From assembly GCA_031961165.1 (NCBI GenBank), contig JAVRLU010000001.1, positions 10,636 to 74,635 on the forward strand: a stretch of 64,000 nucleotides of DNA, given 5' to 3'. Positions 40,920 to 51,076 of the stretch are shown here, one piece after another (position 1 is the stretch's first letter; each line of letters opens with the position of its first letter). This DNA is from Thermoplasmataceae archaeon. Its GTDB lineage: Archaea; Thermoplasmatota; Thermoplasmata; Thermoplasmatales; Thermoplasmataceae. The position numbers and the translations under genes were made by a program. A model generated the notes under the pieces. It was not told the DNA's origin, did no database searches, and worked only from the letters and a program-made list of their open reading frames with translations.

Positions 40920-42758
40920 ATGGAAAATGGAAGGACATACAGAAGAATTTATGAGAACAGATCATGGTTTTTTGTAACCGGCGATGCGTATGATCTTGAT
41001 TTCCTTGCAAGGCAGCTGGATGAAACCGGATTCAGATACGATTTTTCCAGAAGGAGGGATGTTTACGGGGAAATGCCAGGAATAACAGTATACGCTAAGC
41101 CCTCAAAAATACCCGGCATTGCAGGGATAATATACGATGGGATAGGTATGGGGAGAAAGTACAGGATATTCAATGCCGATATCAATCCGGTTCTCCGGTT
41201 CATGGCTGTTCACGGGCTGAGTTTTTTTGAAACAGCCAGCCCGTACGAAGGAGATCCCGATTTAAAAACGGTATTTTTTGACTGCGAAGACGGCATTTGT
41301 ACCATAGGAGGCAAAAAAGCCACGGACAGCGATATTGAAAACGAACTGAAGACCTCGGATATAATTGTTTATTCAAACGCTTACAATTTTTTCATGAAGA
41401 TAAGGGAATTAGGAATCCCGTCACGTTACTACGGAGGGAAAAGCTTCACATCATACGGCCAGATTCATTACAGGGATCCTTACGTCGATATTTATGGGAA
41501 GATAGCCATAAACTCGTCTTCATTTATCTACAGGGAAAGCGGTATAAGCGGTTTAATCGAGCTGTCCAGGATGTCAAGGATCCCGCCACTGCAGGCATCA
41601 ATAATAACACCTGGCACGGCGGTGTCATCCATGGAGATTGCGGATGCACTGGCAGAAGGCATACTGGTTCCGTCAAAAAAGGATGATAACGAGGATGAAA
41701 AGGGAATTCAGGAACTCATTGAAAACGATCGTGGAGGTCTCGTTCTTCAGCCACGTCCCGGCATATACGAGGACGTATACGAAATAGACTTCTCTTCAAT
41801 GTACCCGAGCATAATCGTGAGATACGGCCTGTCGATCGGAAACGATCACTTTTTATCAAGATCGCTTTCAAAGCTCCTTGAAAAAAGGCTTCTGTATAAG
41901 GCAATGGATGATATCAACGAGATATACCATAACAGAAATAAGGCGCTCAAATGGATGCTCCTGACCTCATTTGGATACACAGGATACAGGAACGCAAAGT
42001 TCGGAAAGATAGAGATACATGAGAAGATAACCGGGACAGGAAGGAAAATACTGGCTGAGGCAATCCGCATAGCCCATGAAAATGGTTTTGAGGTACTCCA
42101 TGGCATAGTTGATTCCCTCTGGATAAAGGGTGACGGTGACATAAACATGGTATTATCAGAAATTAAAGCAGAAACAGGTATCGACATTGTTGTGAGCGGG
42201 CACTACAGATGGATAGTTTTCCTTCCGGAACATGACGGAACAGGATCGCCGTCCCGATATTTTGGCCTTGGCTACGATGGAAAATACAAGGTAAGGGGCA
42301 TAGACCTGAGGAGGAATGATGTACCGGCAATATCAAGGAAATTCCAGATGGATGCATTGAAAATACTTGAAAGCTGCAAAAATGAATACGATATATACCA
42401 AAAATACAGAGATATAAAGGACCTGGAATCATGGTACATCCGTAACATCAGAAATTTTCCGGCGGAGTACTTCTCCATAAATCTTAAGATATCACGGTAT
42501 CCGGAATACTACTCGGTGGATACAATCGGAAAACATGTAACAGGTAAATGCATGGAGAATGGCAATGTATATCCCGGAAAAGAGGTAAGCTATGTTGTTT
42601 CGGATTATAAAAGAAAAATTATCGGTTTAGGAAGGGATTCAAATGTTGACTATAATTTTTACAGGCGTTACCTTGCAAGGGCATTTGAGCCCTTTGATTT
42701 TATATACAGGAATATGATCAAAAAAGTTCGTTTAGAAGATTTTCAACTTTCCGTATGA
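40920..42758 (+). CDS. Short family-B DNA polymerase paralog (PolB2 / Dpo2-like) with degenerate exonuclease motifs and altered motif C
   Basis: Motif A is YEIDFSSMYPSIIV. The motif B-like segment is KWMLLTSFGYTGY, and the motif C position reads HGIVDS instead of YGDTDS. VRGIDLRRNDV resembles TRGLEIVRRDW. At 612 aa it is shorter than replicative PolB, which is nearer 800 aa. Confidence 0.8.
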   Translation: MENGRTYRRIYENRSWFFVTGDAYDLDFLARQLDETGFRYDFSRRRDVYGEMPGITVYAKPSKIPGIAGIIYDGIGMGRKYRIFNADINPVLRFMAVHGLSFFETASPYEGDPDLKTVFFDCEDGICTIGGKKATDSDIENELKTSDIIVYSNAYNFFMKIRELGIPSRYYGGKSFTSYGQIHYRDPYVDIYGKIAINSSSFIYRESGISGLIELSRMSRIPPLQASIITPGTAVSSMEIADALAEGILVPSKKDDNEDEKGIQELIENDRGGLVLQPRPGIYEDVYEIDFSSMYPSIIVRYGLSIGNDHFLSRSLSKLLEKRLLYKAMDDINEIYHNRNKALKWMLLTSFGYTGYRNAKFGKIEIHEKITGTGRKILAEAIRIAHENGFEVLHGIVDSLWIKGDGDINMVLSEIKAETGIDIVVSGHYRWIVFLPEHDGTGSPSRYFGLGYDGKYKVRGIDLRRNDVPAISRKFQMDALKILESCKNEYDIYQKYRDIKDLESWYIRNIRNFPAEYFSINLKISRYPEYYSVDTIGKHVTGKCMENGNVYPGKEVSYVVSDYKRKIIGLGRDSNVDYNFYRRYLARAFEPFDFIYRNMIKKVRLEDFQLSV

Positions 42759-43824
42759 GGACGCTTACAGGAACATCATATATGGTTATGAGTTTCGAGA
42801 CCCCCCTCGCCCTGCCACGCCCCTCAAGCGTTGAATTTATTATCCCGATCCTCTCAAGATTTTTCAGATCCTCGTATATATCCGATTTTCCATTATAACT
42901 GTACTGCTCGGAAATTATGCCCTTAAAATGGGAAACGCATGCAACATCTGTCCTGCTGCTGTCAGAAAGGCAGCGGCACACGGCTAGCAGCGTTATCAGG
43001 CCATCTGCATCCAGTTCTGCAAGCCTGCTTTCTGTTACAAACGGTGTAACCATGGATTTTGCAGCACGGACATCATCGTATTCCACGCGATCCGCCTTCC
43101 TGTATTCGGCTATATACGAAGCCTTCTGAAGAATATCTATAGCATACCTTGCACTTCCGAATTCTGATGATATCTCTGAAATGTAATCAATAATTGAAGA
43201 ATCATATGCATTTTCAAAAAGTGATCTTTTCGCACGATCCTCAGCAATGTAATAAAGCTCGTCCTTTGAATACCTCCTGAACTTTATTTCATTGAATATC
43301 CCGTAGGATTTCCTGGTCTTGGAATCGAGAAACAGGATAGGATCCTCCATCATGACAAAAACCGTGGAAATATTGACGCCAAAGGAATCTTCAGCCCTTA
43401 AGAGGTAATAGATTCCCTCCGGATCATTCCTCAGTATGCTGGATGCCTCATCAATGACAATGATCATATTTTTTCCATATTTTTCAGTTAATTTTGCGAA
43501 TCTTGAAAATATGTTCGCATATGAGGCCCTTTCAGAAACGATAACACCCTCCCTTGAAAGTATGTCTGCAAGGACGCTCTTTATCGATCTGTATGAAATT
43601 GCATTTTCATAGATCGCATGCGGGGTCTTTGTTTCCCTTATTATATACCTCATCGTAACGGTCTTGCCTGTGCCGGAATCCCCGTATACTATAAAATTGG
43701 ACATTATGCCGTTCATCATAGGGTAAACGAGGTTTTTTCTGAAAGTTTCTATCTCATTGTCCCTGTAGAGCAACTTTTCAGGGATGAACGAATTTTCAAG
43801 AGCATCAGGCTTTCTTATGATCAA
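42718..43824 (-). CDS. cdc6: Orc1/Cdc6 replication initiator, paralog 2
   Basis: Has Walker A YGDSGTGKTV and Walker B IIVIDEAS, with a C-terminal winged-helix-like region. Its 3' end overlaps the polymerase gene by 41 nt. Confidence 0.85.
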   Translation of the reverse strand: MIIRKPDALENSFIPEKLLYRDNEIETFRKNLVYPMMNGIMSNFIVYGDSGTGKTVTMRYIIRETKTPHAIYENAISYRSIKSVLADILSREGVIVSERASYANIFSRFAKLTEKYGKNMIIVIDEASSILRNDPEGIYYLLRAEDSFGVNISTVFVMMEDPILFLDSKTRKSYGIFNEIKFRRYSKDELYYIAEDRAKRSLFENAYDSSIIDYISEISSEFGSARYAIDILQKASYIAEYRKADRVEYDDVRAAKSMVTPFVTESRLAELDADGLITLLAVCRCLSDSSRTDVACVSHFKGIISEQYSYNGKSDIYEDLKNLERIGIINSTLEGRGRARGVSKLITIYDVPVSVLIRKVENLLNELF

Positions 43825-44202
43825 CCCGTATGAAATATGAACATGAATATAATATTTTTTTCTTATACGGTTATGGGAATCGTTAAAACATGGATCTGGC
43901 TATTTCAAATATAGCGAAGTGAAGTGCAAACACCAGGTGAAAATTGATCATTTTCTGCGAAATAAAATTTATTCGTAATATTCATAAATTTTATCTTTAA
44001 CTTGCCTTCTTCAATTAAAAGTTCCATCCCCCTTCCGGCATCCAGTCTTTATATTCCTCCATTTATGGCGAGAAGAGCATCGATATGGTACACATATCAA
44101 GGATCCGCGTAAAAAACTAGCATGGCTAAGTGAAATTTTTACCGAATCCATTTTGAAGCGATTCAGCAATCATTTACGAACAATGGTTTAATTCATAAGG
44201 CC

Positions 44203-45399
44203 ATGGATGTTACGCATTTCATGAAGCTATCCGGGCGGCTTTCATCCGTTGCCCTCCTGTCACTGATCTTCATGACGCTTGGGAATTTTGACGTTTCAGC
44301 TTATTCACCGCTGGCCCCGTTCATAAAGTCAAGATTCCAGCTCAGCTCTGCGGAACTGGGCCTCATCACAAGCATAATATTCGCCGGTTCCTTCGTTATG
44401 TCCTCACTGGCAGGCTTCTTTGTCGACCGGATCGGGAAGAATTCCGCGATAAAAATTTCCTTTGCCCTGATGGCTGCAGGTTCCCTGACAGCTGCCATTT
44501 CAAAGAATTATATAGAACTCGTTTCTGGCTTTTTTATAATAGGCTTCGGTTACGGGATAGTGACCCCATCAACGAACAGCCTCGTCATGAGTGCTTACTA
44601 TCCAAGGCATGCACGGGCAATGGGCATAAAGCAGTCCGGTGTTCCCTTAGGCGCTGCAATTGCAGCTGTGTCGCTTCCTTTAATTGCAATCCATCTATCG
44701 CTTGAAGCTGCGCTTTTTGTTATTGCAGCGGTCTCATTGATAGTATCGTTATTAGTAAAGAAAGATGCGGCAAATTCGACCGGTGTAAGTACGAGGAAAG
44801 GATACTTCCATGATCTTTTCAGGGCATGGAAGAACACTGATCTTTTAATGATCAGCTTCCCTATAGCCTTTCTGTCGTGGGGCCAGCAATCTCTTCTCAC
44901 ATACTACGTTGTTTATATGAAGGCAGGCGGCATCCCTGTAATTTTTGCTGAACTGCTTCTGGCGATCCTGCTTGCCGGATCAGTCGCTGGAAGGCTTTTC
45001 TGGGTAAACCTATCATCCATAATCTTCCCGAAGAACAGATCGTACATGATATCGCTGATCATGGTCATGGCCGGGATCCTTTTCTTTGTTTTTTCCCGCA
45101 GGGGTTTTCCAGTATTTGTATCGGGCGTGATTACCTTCTTCATCGGAATGACTGCAATAGGCTGGAACAGTACTTACGTTACCATTATTTCTGAATTTGC
45201 GCCAAAGAAGGATATAGGACTCTACAGTGGAGTCAGCCTGATGATGGTAAGCCTCGGCACGATCCTTGGAACGCCTGTTTCCGGGGAGATCGTTGATATA
45301 CTGTCCTACGTGTGGATGTGGAGGTTCATAGGATCCGGCCTGATTGCCATGGCAGTCGCCGTCTTGATTATAAATCGTGTTCCCAGAACCGGGAAATGA
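44203..45399 (+). CDS. MFS transporter (12-TM type)
   Basis: The profile is hydrophobic with multiple TM segments, and the loop motif FFVDRIGKN is present. Confidence 0.8.
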   Translation: MDVTHFMKLSGRLSSVALLSLIFMTLGNFDVSAYSPLAPFIKSRFQLSSAELGLITSIIFAGSFVMSSLAGFFVDRIGKNSAIKISFALMAAGSLTAAISKNYIELVSGFFIIGFGYGIVTPSTNSLVMSAYYPRHARAMGIKQSGVPLGAAIAAVSLPLIAIHLSLEAALFVIAAVSLIVSLLVKKDAANSTGVSTRKGYFHDLFRAWKNTDLLMISFPIAFLSWGQQSLLTYYVVYMKAGGIPVIFAELLLAILLAGSVAGRLFWVNLSSIIFPKNRSYMISLIMVMAGILFFVFSRRGFPVFVSGVITFFIGMTAIGWNSTYVTIISEFAPKKDIGLYSGVSLMMVSLGTILGTPVSGEIVDILSYVWMWRFIGSGLIAMAVAVLIINRVPRTGK

Positions 45400-45402
45400 G
45401 GT

Positions 45403-46743
45403 TCATGCCAGTGGTTTTCCCTTCGTTTCAGGTGCAAGGAACAGGGTGACAAAGAAGCCTATAAATTCAAAGATCGCAAAGAACAGCAAACCGTATGAAA
45501 GCCCGTACGATTTGTTCAGCATATCGGTAATTATTGGAAATGCAACAACTCCAAGTATTGCCCCGATCCTGGACGCGGCTGTGGCTATTCCCATGGCAGT
45601 GCCTCTTATGCGCGTTGGAAATATTTCTACGGGATATACGTATGTGATATTTGTCGGGCCCATATTGTGGAAGAAATGCATCATAGCAAATGCAATGAAG
45701 ACAAAAATGAATGGGAGAGCGTGGTGCATGGATAAAAGAGCAAAGAAAAGAAGCGATACGCCGGCAAGTCCAAAACCGGCAGTTTCTAAGAATTTTCTTC
45801 CGATCCTCTCAATGAATATCAGGCATACGATAAAACCGATTACCACAGGTATTTCCTCAAGGAGTGTTTCCACAACAGTGCTAACATATGAGGCGCCAAC
45901 GGAGATGAATATCGATGGTGTATAGTTCCATACACCGTAACTTGAAACATCATATGAAAACCACGCTAGGGACACGAATATTATGAGTGGAAGGTAACGT
46001 CCTGTAAACACATCTGAAAATTTTGTTTTTCCCGGATCAACATGAGGTGGTTCCACATCGTTTACGCCAGCTTCCTGTCCAATTTCATTGGCGACTTTCT
46101 TTGCTTCCTCAACATTTCCAGACTTTACCAGGTAGTACGGGCTTTCGGGAAGTATGCGCCTTACTATGATCACGCTAATTGGAACAAGCGCCCCTACAAT
46201 ATACATGAGCCGCCAGGCAAATGATCCTGAATATAGAACTATCGGTATGGAAATGAGGTAAAAAACCATGGATCCAATCGTCCACATGAATATGTTGAAA
46301 ACAAGGAACGAACCCCTGCTCTTTTTCGGCGAGAATTCTGCCTGTATCGATGAACTTAGGGGATAATCCGCACCTATCCCGATTCCGGCCAGCAGTTCAA
46401 AGATAAAAAATTCCCATACATTGGTTGAGAAAGCCGTAAGAAGGAGAAAAACTGTGGTTATGAGAAGATCATAGACGTACATTTTACGCCTTCCTATGCT
46501 GTCAGATAAGCGCCCTATTACAAGGCTTCCCGCGAACATGCCTATATATATGCCGGCTGCTGCAAGGGAAACAAAATACGCTCTCGTCAGAAATATGTTT
46601 TCCATGTAAGGCAGTGCAATAGAAAATATTGAAAGGGCGAATCCGTCCATAAATACGCCCATTGATGAAAGAACGGTTATTACGTCAAGAAGAGGTGTCC
46701 TCCTGAGCTCATCAAACCTTATGTTATTGATTCCGGAGTCCAA
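45403..46743 (-). CDS. MFS transporter, sugar-porter/metabolite:H+ symporter-like
   Basis: Contains GRLSDSIGRRKMY and PESPYYL motifs and has a 12-TM profile. Confidence 0.82.
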   Translation of the reverse strand: MDSGINNIRFDELRRTPLLDVITVLSSMGVFMDGFALSIFSIALPYMENIFLTRAYFVSLAAAGIYIGMFAGSLVIGRLSDSIGRRKMYVYDLLITTVFLLLTAFSTNVWEFFIFELLAGIGIGADYPLSSSIQAEFSPKKSRGSFLVFNIFMWTIGSMVFYLISIPIVLYSGSFAWRLMYIVGALVPISVIIVRRILPESPYYLVKSGNVEEAKKVANEIGQEAGVNDVEPPHVDPGKTKFSDVFTGRYLPLIIFVSLAWFSYDVSSYGVWNYTPSIFISVGASYVSTVVETLLEEIPVVIGFIVCLIFIERIGRKFLETAGFGLAGVSLLFFALLSMHHALPFIFVFIAFAMMHFFHNMGPTNITYVYPVEIFPTRIRGTAMGIATAASRIGAILGVVAFPIITDMLNKSYGLSYGLLFFAIFEFIGFFVTLFLAPETKGKPLA

Positions 46744-46941
46744 ATTCCTTCGCCGTATGCTACATTTAATACTAGATAAAAAAGTTTAGCAATAAATTCA
46801 GGAACATGATTTATAATTCACTATGTTTGTTATAATCTATCAAATTATGCGAAACATGAAATTATTTTGTAACGTATCGTCCACTTTTGACAGAAATATT
46901 CATATCTTATTCATCAATAAACTGCCGAAAGTATACAGGTA

Positions 46942-47026
46942 GCGGAGGTTGTCGAGACTGGTCAAAGGCGATGGATTCAGGGTCCATTTTCGTAGGAATT
47001 CGGGGGTTCAAATCCCCCCCTCCGCA
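46942..47026 (+). tRNA. tRNA-Leu (anticodon CAG)
   Basis: The acceptor stem is GCGGAGG/CCTCCGC with discriminator A. The anticodon stem is ATGGA/TCCAT with loop TTCAGGG. It has a long variable arm and T-arm GGGGG-TTCAAAT-CCCCC. Confidence 0.9.
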
Positions 47027-47371
47027 TTGTTTCTTGTGTGTTATTATAGCCACATAAAATTCCGTATCAAAAATTAAAATGCCTTAAATAAAATTCCCTG
47101 CATAACTATCCCTTCCCTATCTGCATGATTGACCGTTAACATTCATTTTTTCAATATGCATAAATGATCATAACGGGCATTGTAAGTAATTGAATAAAAT
47201 TTACGATGTTTTAATTTATAATTGTCTTTTAGTAAATTTTTACACGTTTATCCTCTCTTAATTTTTTTGATAGAAGTGTATACAAATTGCTGTAATTTCG
47301 AAAAGATCCTGCTGATCAACACCTGGACCATCTGGAACTGAGATCATGATGTATATGTCATCGAGTTAATC

Positions 47372-47932
47372 CTAAGGAAGGAATATATCGACGGATCTTA
47401 TGACTCTGCAGAATTCTCCGTTGATTGACGCAAGATTCACTCTGTGAACAGTCTCTGCCGGAATCTCCTCCCCTTTCTCGTCCATCCGTGAGTAAGTTGC
47501 GCACGCATCCGAGATAACATACGTGGAGAATCCGAGATTTCCAGACATCCTTGCTGTAGTGCTGACACAATGATCAGTTGTGATGCCGCATATGAAGACG
47601 TTGACCAGGTGCATTTCCCTCAGTAAAGCTTCAAGTTTTGTCCCGATGAATGCACTGTTCACATGCTTTACTATTTCGATCTCACCAGCGATTGGCCTTG
47701 CTTCATCCTTGTATTCAAATCCGGGCTTTCCGACCCTGAGCGGTGAATCGGGATTCATCGAGTCATGCCTCACGTGTATTACGTGCAAATCTTGTTTTCG
47801 CCAGAATGTGAGAAGACGGTTTATTACAATTTCTGCATCAGGGTTGTTGCGCTTCCCCCATTTGCTGGAATCCCACGCCTTCTGTACATCTATCAGGATA
47901 AGGGCCGAGTCTGAAGGGACTTCGATAGCCAT
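47372..47932 (-). CDS. Isochorismatase-family cysteine hydrolase
   Basis: Contains ALILIDVQKAW, a conserved Lys region, and the catalytic Cys in ICGITTDHCV. Confidence 0.8.
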   Translation of the reverse strand: MAIEVPSDSALILIDVQKAWDSSKWGKRNNPDAEIVINRLLTFWRKQDLHVIHVRHDSMNPDSPLRVGKPGFEYKDEARPIAGEIEIVKHVNSAFIGTKLEALLREMHLVNVFICGITTDHCVSTTARMSGNLGFSTYVISDACATYSRMDEKGEEIPAETVHRVNLASINGEFCRVIRSVDIFLP

Positions 47933-48171
47933 TGTGCTAATATGTCATGCCGGCATATATAAATTATTCCGCTTCTCCCGGAAATTAAACCCGGAATAGG
48001 GCAACAGGCATTCGATTTTCCCGATCATCGTACCGATTATATAACTAATTTTTATGAAGCTATACAAATTGAACGGTTATATGTAATTGAAATCATGGAA
48101 TATGTATTGTCTAGAATTTTTATAAAACGTTTTCAGATCATTTTATGATCTCTTATACGTTTACGATTCTT

Positions 48172-49146
48172 TCACATGTTATTCAGGCTATTCGTTTCTC
48201 TTCTTTCGAGAGTGAAATCTCTTTCAATTGCCCATGGCTTCAGTGCTTTAAAGCAGGAGAGAAAAATATAGTTCTTCCTCTTCATTGCATAGGCTTTAAT
48301 GTAATCACTTATGGAACCGTGACATGCGCTGTCTTCATCTCCTACGTAAAGATTATAGAAAACCTTCTGGAGAGAAAGATTCATGCCTGCCTGAAAAGCA
48401 GCATCCGTACCTTCAGATATCCTTTTGATAATTTCCATATCCCTGCAGTATTGGGGAATGAACTTTCTTTTAAACTGTATAAAATCATCCAGGTTTTCGA
48501 TATTCCTTGATGTACTTTTTCTGAATATCCTGTATACAGAAAGCCGTTTGGAATCGTAATATAATGGCAGGCCCATGGAGGCGTATAGATAGAAATAGAA
48601 GGAATCCACCGCGAGTTTTATTTTCCTTAGATCGTTAACGTGATTAAGCAGCATTTCTTTTCTAACCGACATCGAACTGCTGTTGAAATCGGATCTGAGT
48701 TTTGCAAATTTCCTTACGATCTTTTTCGATGGATATTTCGCATAAATATCGCTCTTAATTACCGGCTGGAAGGAATATGCAACGTTTCCGTTGTAAACCA
48801 CCGGTGTGGTCGAATTTTTGTAAAACTGTATATCAAACGTCTTGAAGCTGGATTCTATTCTCTCAAGCTTTTCTTTTTCGAAGAGATCATCATCGTCCAG
48901 AAATGATATAATTTCGCCATTGGCCTCCTTTATGGCCCTGGCCACCCTGTCGCCGGATCCATTCGCCCTGTAGACCATATTCGTTACGCCGTTAGCATCT
49001 AAAAAACGGTCTATATTTTCATCGGTGAAGTCTTTGCTCACAATTATTTCATAGCTATCCCTGCTAACCGTCTGGTTTAAAGCTGATCGTACGGCCTCCA
49101 TAATGTAAGTTTTCCTCCCTTCCGCCGTTATCAGTACTGTTATCAT
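48172..49146 (-). CDS. Family 2 glycosyltransferase
   Basis: The N-terminal VLITAEGRKTYIMEAVRSALNQT and the SFLDDDD (DxD) motif fit GT2. Confidence 0.78.
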   Translation of the reverse strand: MITVLITAEGRKTYIMEAVRSALNQTVSRDSYEIIVSKDFTDENIDRFLDANGVTNMVYRANGSGDRVARAIKEANGEIISFLDDDDLFEKEKLERIESSFKTFDIQFYKNSTTPVVYNGNVAYSFQPVIKSDIYAKYPSKKIVRKFAKLRSDFNSSSMSVRKEMLLNHVNDLRKIKLAVDSFYFYLYASMGLPLYYDSKRLSVYRIFRKSTSRNIENLDDFIQFKRKFIPQYCRDMEIIKRISEGTDAAFQAGMNLSLQKVFYNLYVGDEDSACHGSISDYIKAYAMKRKNYIFLSCFKALKPWAIERDFTLERRETNSLNNM

Positions 49147-49410
49147 TACCGTAATTCATTATGGCCTATGATGCTATAAATCTTCAGAATACTTCACTTA
49201 TTTCAACCAGCGCCCAGATCGAGATGTTTGCTGGAAAGTGCGTATAAAAATTTTCATGTAAAATACTTTATAAATAAAAATGATGAGGAAGCAATAAGGC
49301 AGGCAATAGACATCCGGGAACCGGACTAAAAAATCGCTTCATATGCCAGGAATTATACGCGTTAATATAATTAATCCGTCATCGGGAAACCTGGATGAAA
49401 GATTCGCTTC

Positions 49411-50169
49411 ATGAAAAATAAGGATAATTACGGGATGATGAGAGTGGTATTTCGAAATTATGCTGTAATAGGTCACAGAGGGGATACAGAAAGATATCCC
49501 GAGAACACTTTAGAATCCTTCAAGGATGCATTTGCCAGGGGATGCGATGCTGTAGAAATGGATGTGCACCTGACCTCAGACGGTTACGTGGTTGTTCATC
49601 ATGATTTCAGCATCCGCAGAATGACAGGAGTAGAAAGAATCATAGAGGAATCCGAATATTCCGACATCAAGAAAGCGAAGATAAACGGAAAATACCGGAT
49701 ACCGCTGCTGGAAAACGTTTTCCGGGAATTTCCAGATCAGAAGCTTTTCGTTGAGCTCAAAACCGTAACGGATGACGGAAGGATGCTTGACAACGGCCTT
49801 GAAAATGCTGTTTATAAGCTTGTAAGGGAATTTGGAAGGTTTGAAAATACCATTGTAATTTCATTCAATCCCGTATCGCTTGAAAGCATGAAGGATATCA
49901 CGAAGGAAATAGCTCTGGGGCTGGATTTTGACAGGACCTCACTCAAATACATAGGGGAAGTCAATCCTTCGGACCTGAAGGAGATGGGCATAACAGCGTT
50001 CCTGCCCGAGGTCAATTCTGTGGAGATGAAGAGGTACAGGATTTTTGCGGAAAGCGGAATAGATGTTTTTCCCTGGCCTGTCGATTCAAGGGAATCTGCG
50101 ATCATCGCTGTGGAAAATGGTGCATCCGGAATAATAACAAACAGGTGCTACGATCTTCTTAGTCCCTGA
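49411..50169 (+). CDS. Glycerophosphodiester phosphodiesterase (GDPD family)
   Basis: Contains IGHRGDTERYPENTLESF, D.VEMDVHLT.DG and HD. The exact start is uncertain. Confidence 0.85.
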   Translation: MKNKDNYGMMRVVFRNYAVIGHRGDTERYPENTLESFKDAFARGCDAVEMDVHLTSDGYVVVHHDFSIRRMTGVERIIEESEYSDIKKAKINGKYRIPLLENVFREFPDQKLFVELKTVTDDGRMLDNGLENAVYKLVREFGRFENTIVISFNPVSLESMKDITKEIALGLDFDRTSLKYIGEVNPSDLKEMGITAFLPEVNSVEMKRYRIFAESGIDVFPWPVDSRESAIIAVENGASGIITNRCYDLLSP

Positions 50170-50266
50170 GAACGCCATTAAACCGCTAAGAACACGTGAT
50201 GATTATCGTTTGCTGGATTATAGAAAAGATTAACAACGGTTCTTAACTTTACCAACTGTGATATGA

Positions 50267-51076
50267 ATGATAATTTCAAATGGTGAATTAAAAGCTGAGA
50301 TATCTGAGAGGGGGGCACACCTGGATTCTCTTTTTTTCAAGGGCAGAAACATGCTTCTGGAAAATTACGATAATTCGCCGACTCACTATGGCGCTGCTTT
50401 TTTATTCCCCTATGCAGGAAGGGTGAAGGACGCAATATACCCATTTGACGGCATATATTACCAGCTGCCAAAGAACGACGGTGAAAACAGTATACACGGA
50501 CTTGTACTTGACAAGATATTTTCTTTCAGGAAGCCGGAGGAGAACAGGGCAGTTCTTTCCTACGTACTGGATGATAACGCCTATCCCTCGATACTTTCAG
50601 TGGACGTTGAATTTATGGTATCTGAGAACACTTTTGAAACGGATGTACGGGTAAAGAATGAGGGCCAGAAAAGGTCCCCGCTGCTCATAGGTTTCCATCC
50701 ATATTTCAACTTTGGTGGAAGCTGGATACTTAAGCCGGAGACAGAGACAAAGATCCTGGAATATGACGGGTATTTTCCGACCGGCAGGATGGAGAGGTAC
50801 AATTTTGACGATGATTCATTTAAGAAGCAATATGACAATGAATTCATGGGGGGTGGAAATCTTGTGCTCAGGGGGAGTTCATTCACCATGACAATGATCA
50901 GGAAGAATATGCCCTTTTTTGTAATTTACAACGGTAAATATTCAAAAGGATATTCACTAGCGGTGGAGCCAATGACCGGCGCGGTAGATTCGTTCAATAA
51001 CGGCATAGGCCTGATAAAGCTCGATCCGGATGGAGAATTTGAGTGCGGTTATTCAGTTTCATTCACGATGATGTGA
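50267..51076 (+). CDS. Aldose 1-epimerase (mutarotase)-family protein
   Basis: Contains IHGLV, GFHPYFN and the VEPMTG pattern. Confidence 0.75.
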   Translation: MIISNGELKAEISERGAHLDSLFFKGRNMLLENYDNSPTHYGAAFLFPYAGRVKDAIYPFDGIYYQLPKNDGENSIHGLVLDKIFSFRKPEENRAVLSYVLDDNAYPSILSVDVEFMVSENTFETDVRVKNEGQKRSPLLIGFHPYFNFGGSWILKPETETKILEYDGYFPTGRMERYNFDDDSFKKQYDNEFMGGGNLVLRGSSFTMTMIRKNMPFFVIYNGKYSKGYSLAVEPMTGAVDSFNNGIGLIKLDPDGEFECGYSVSFTMM

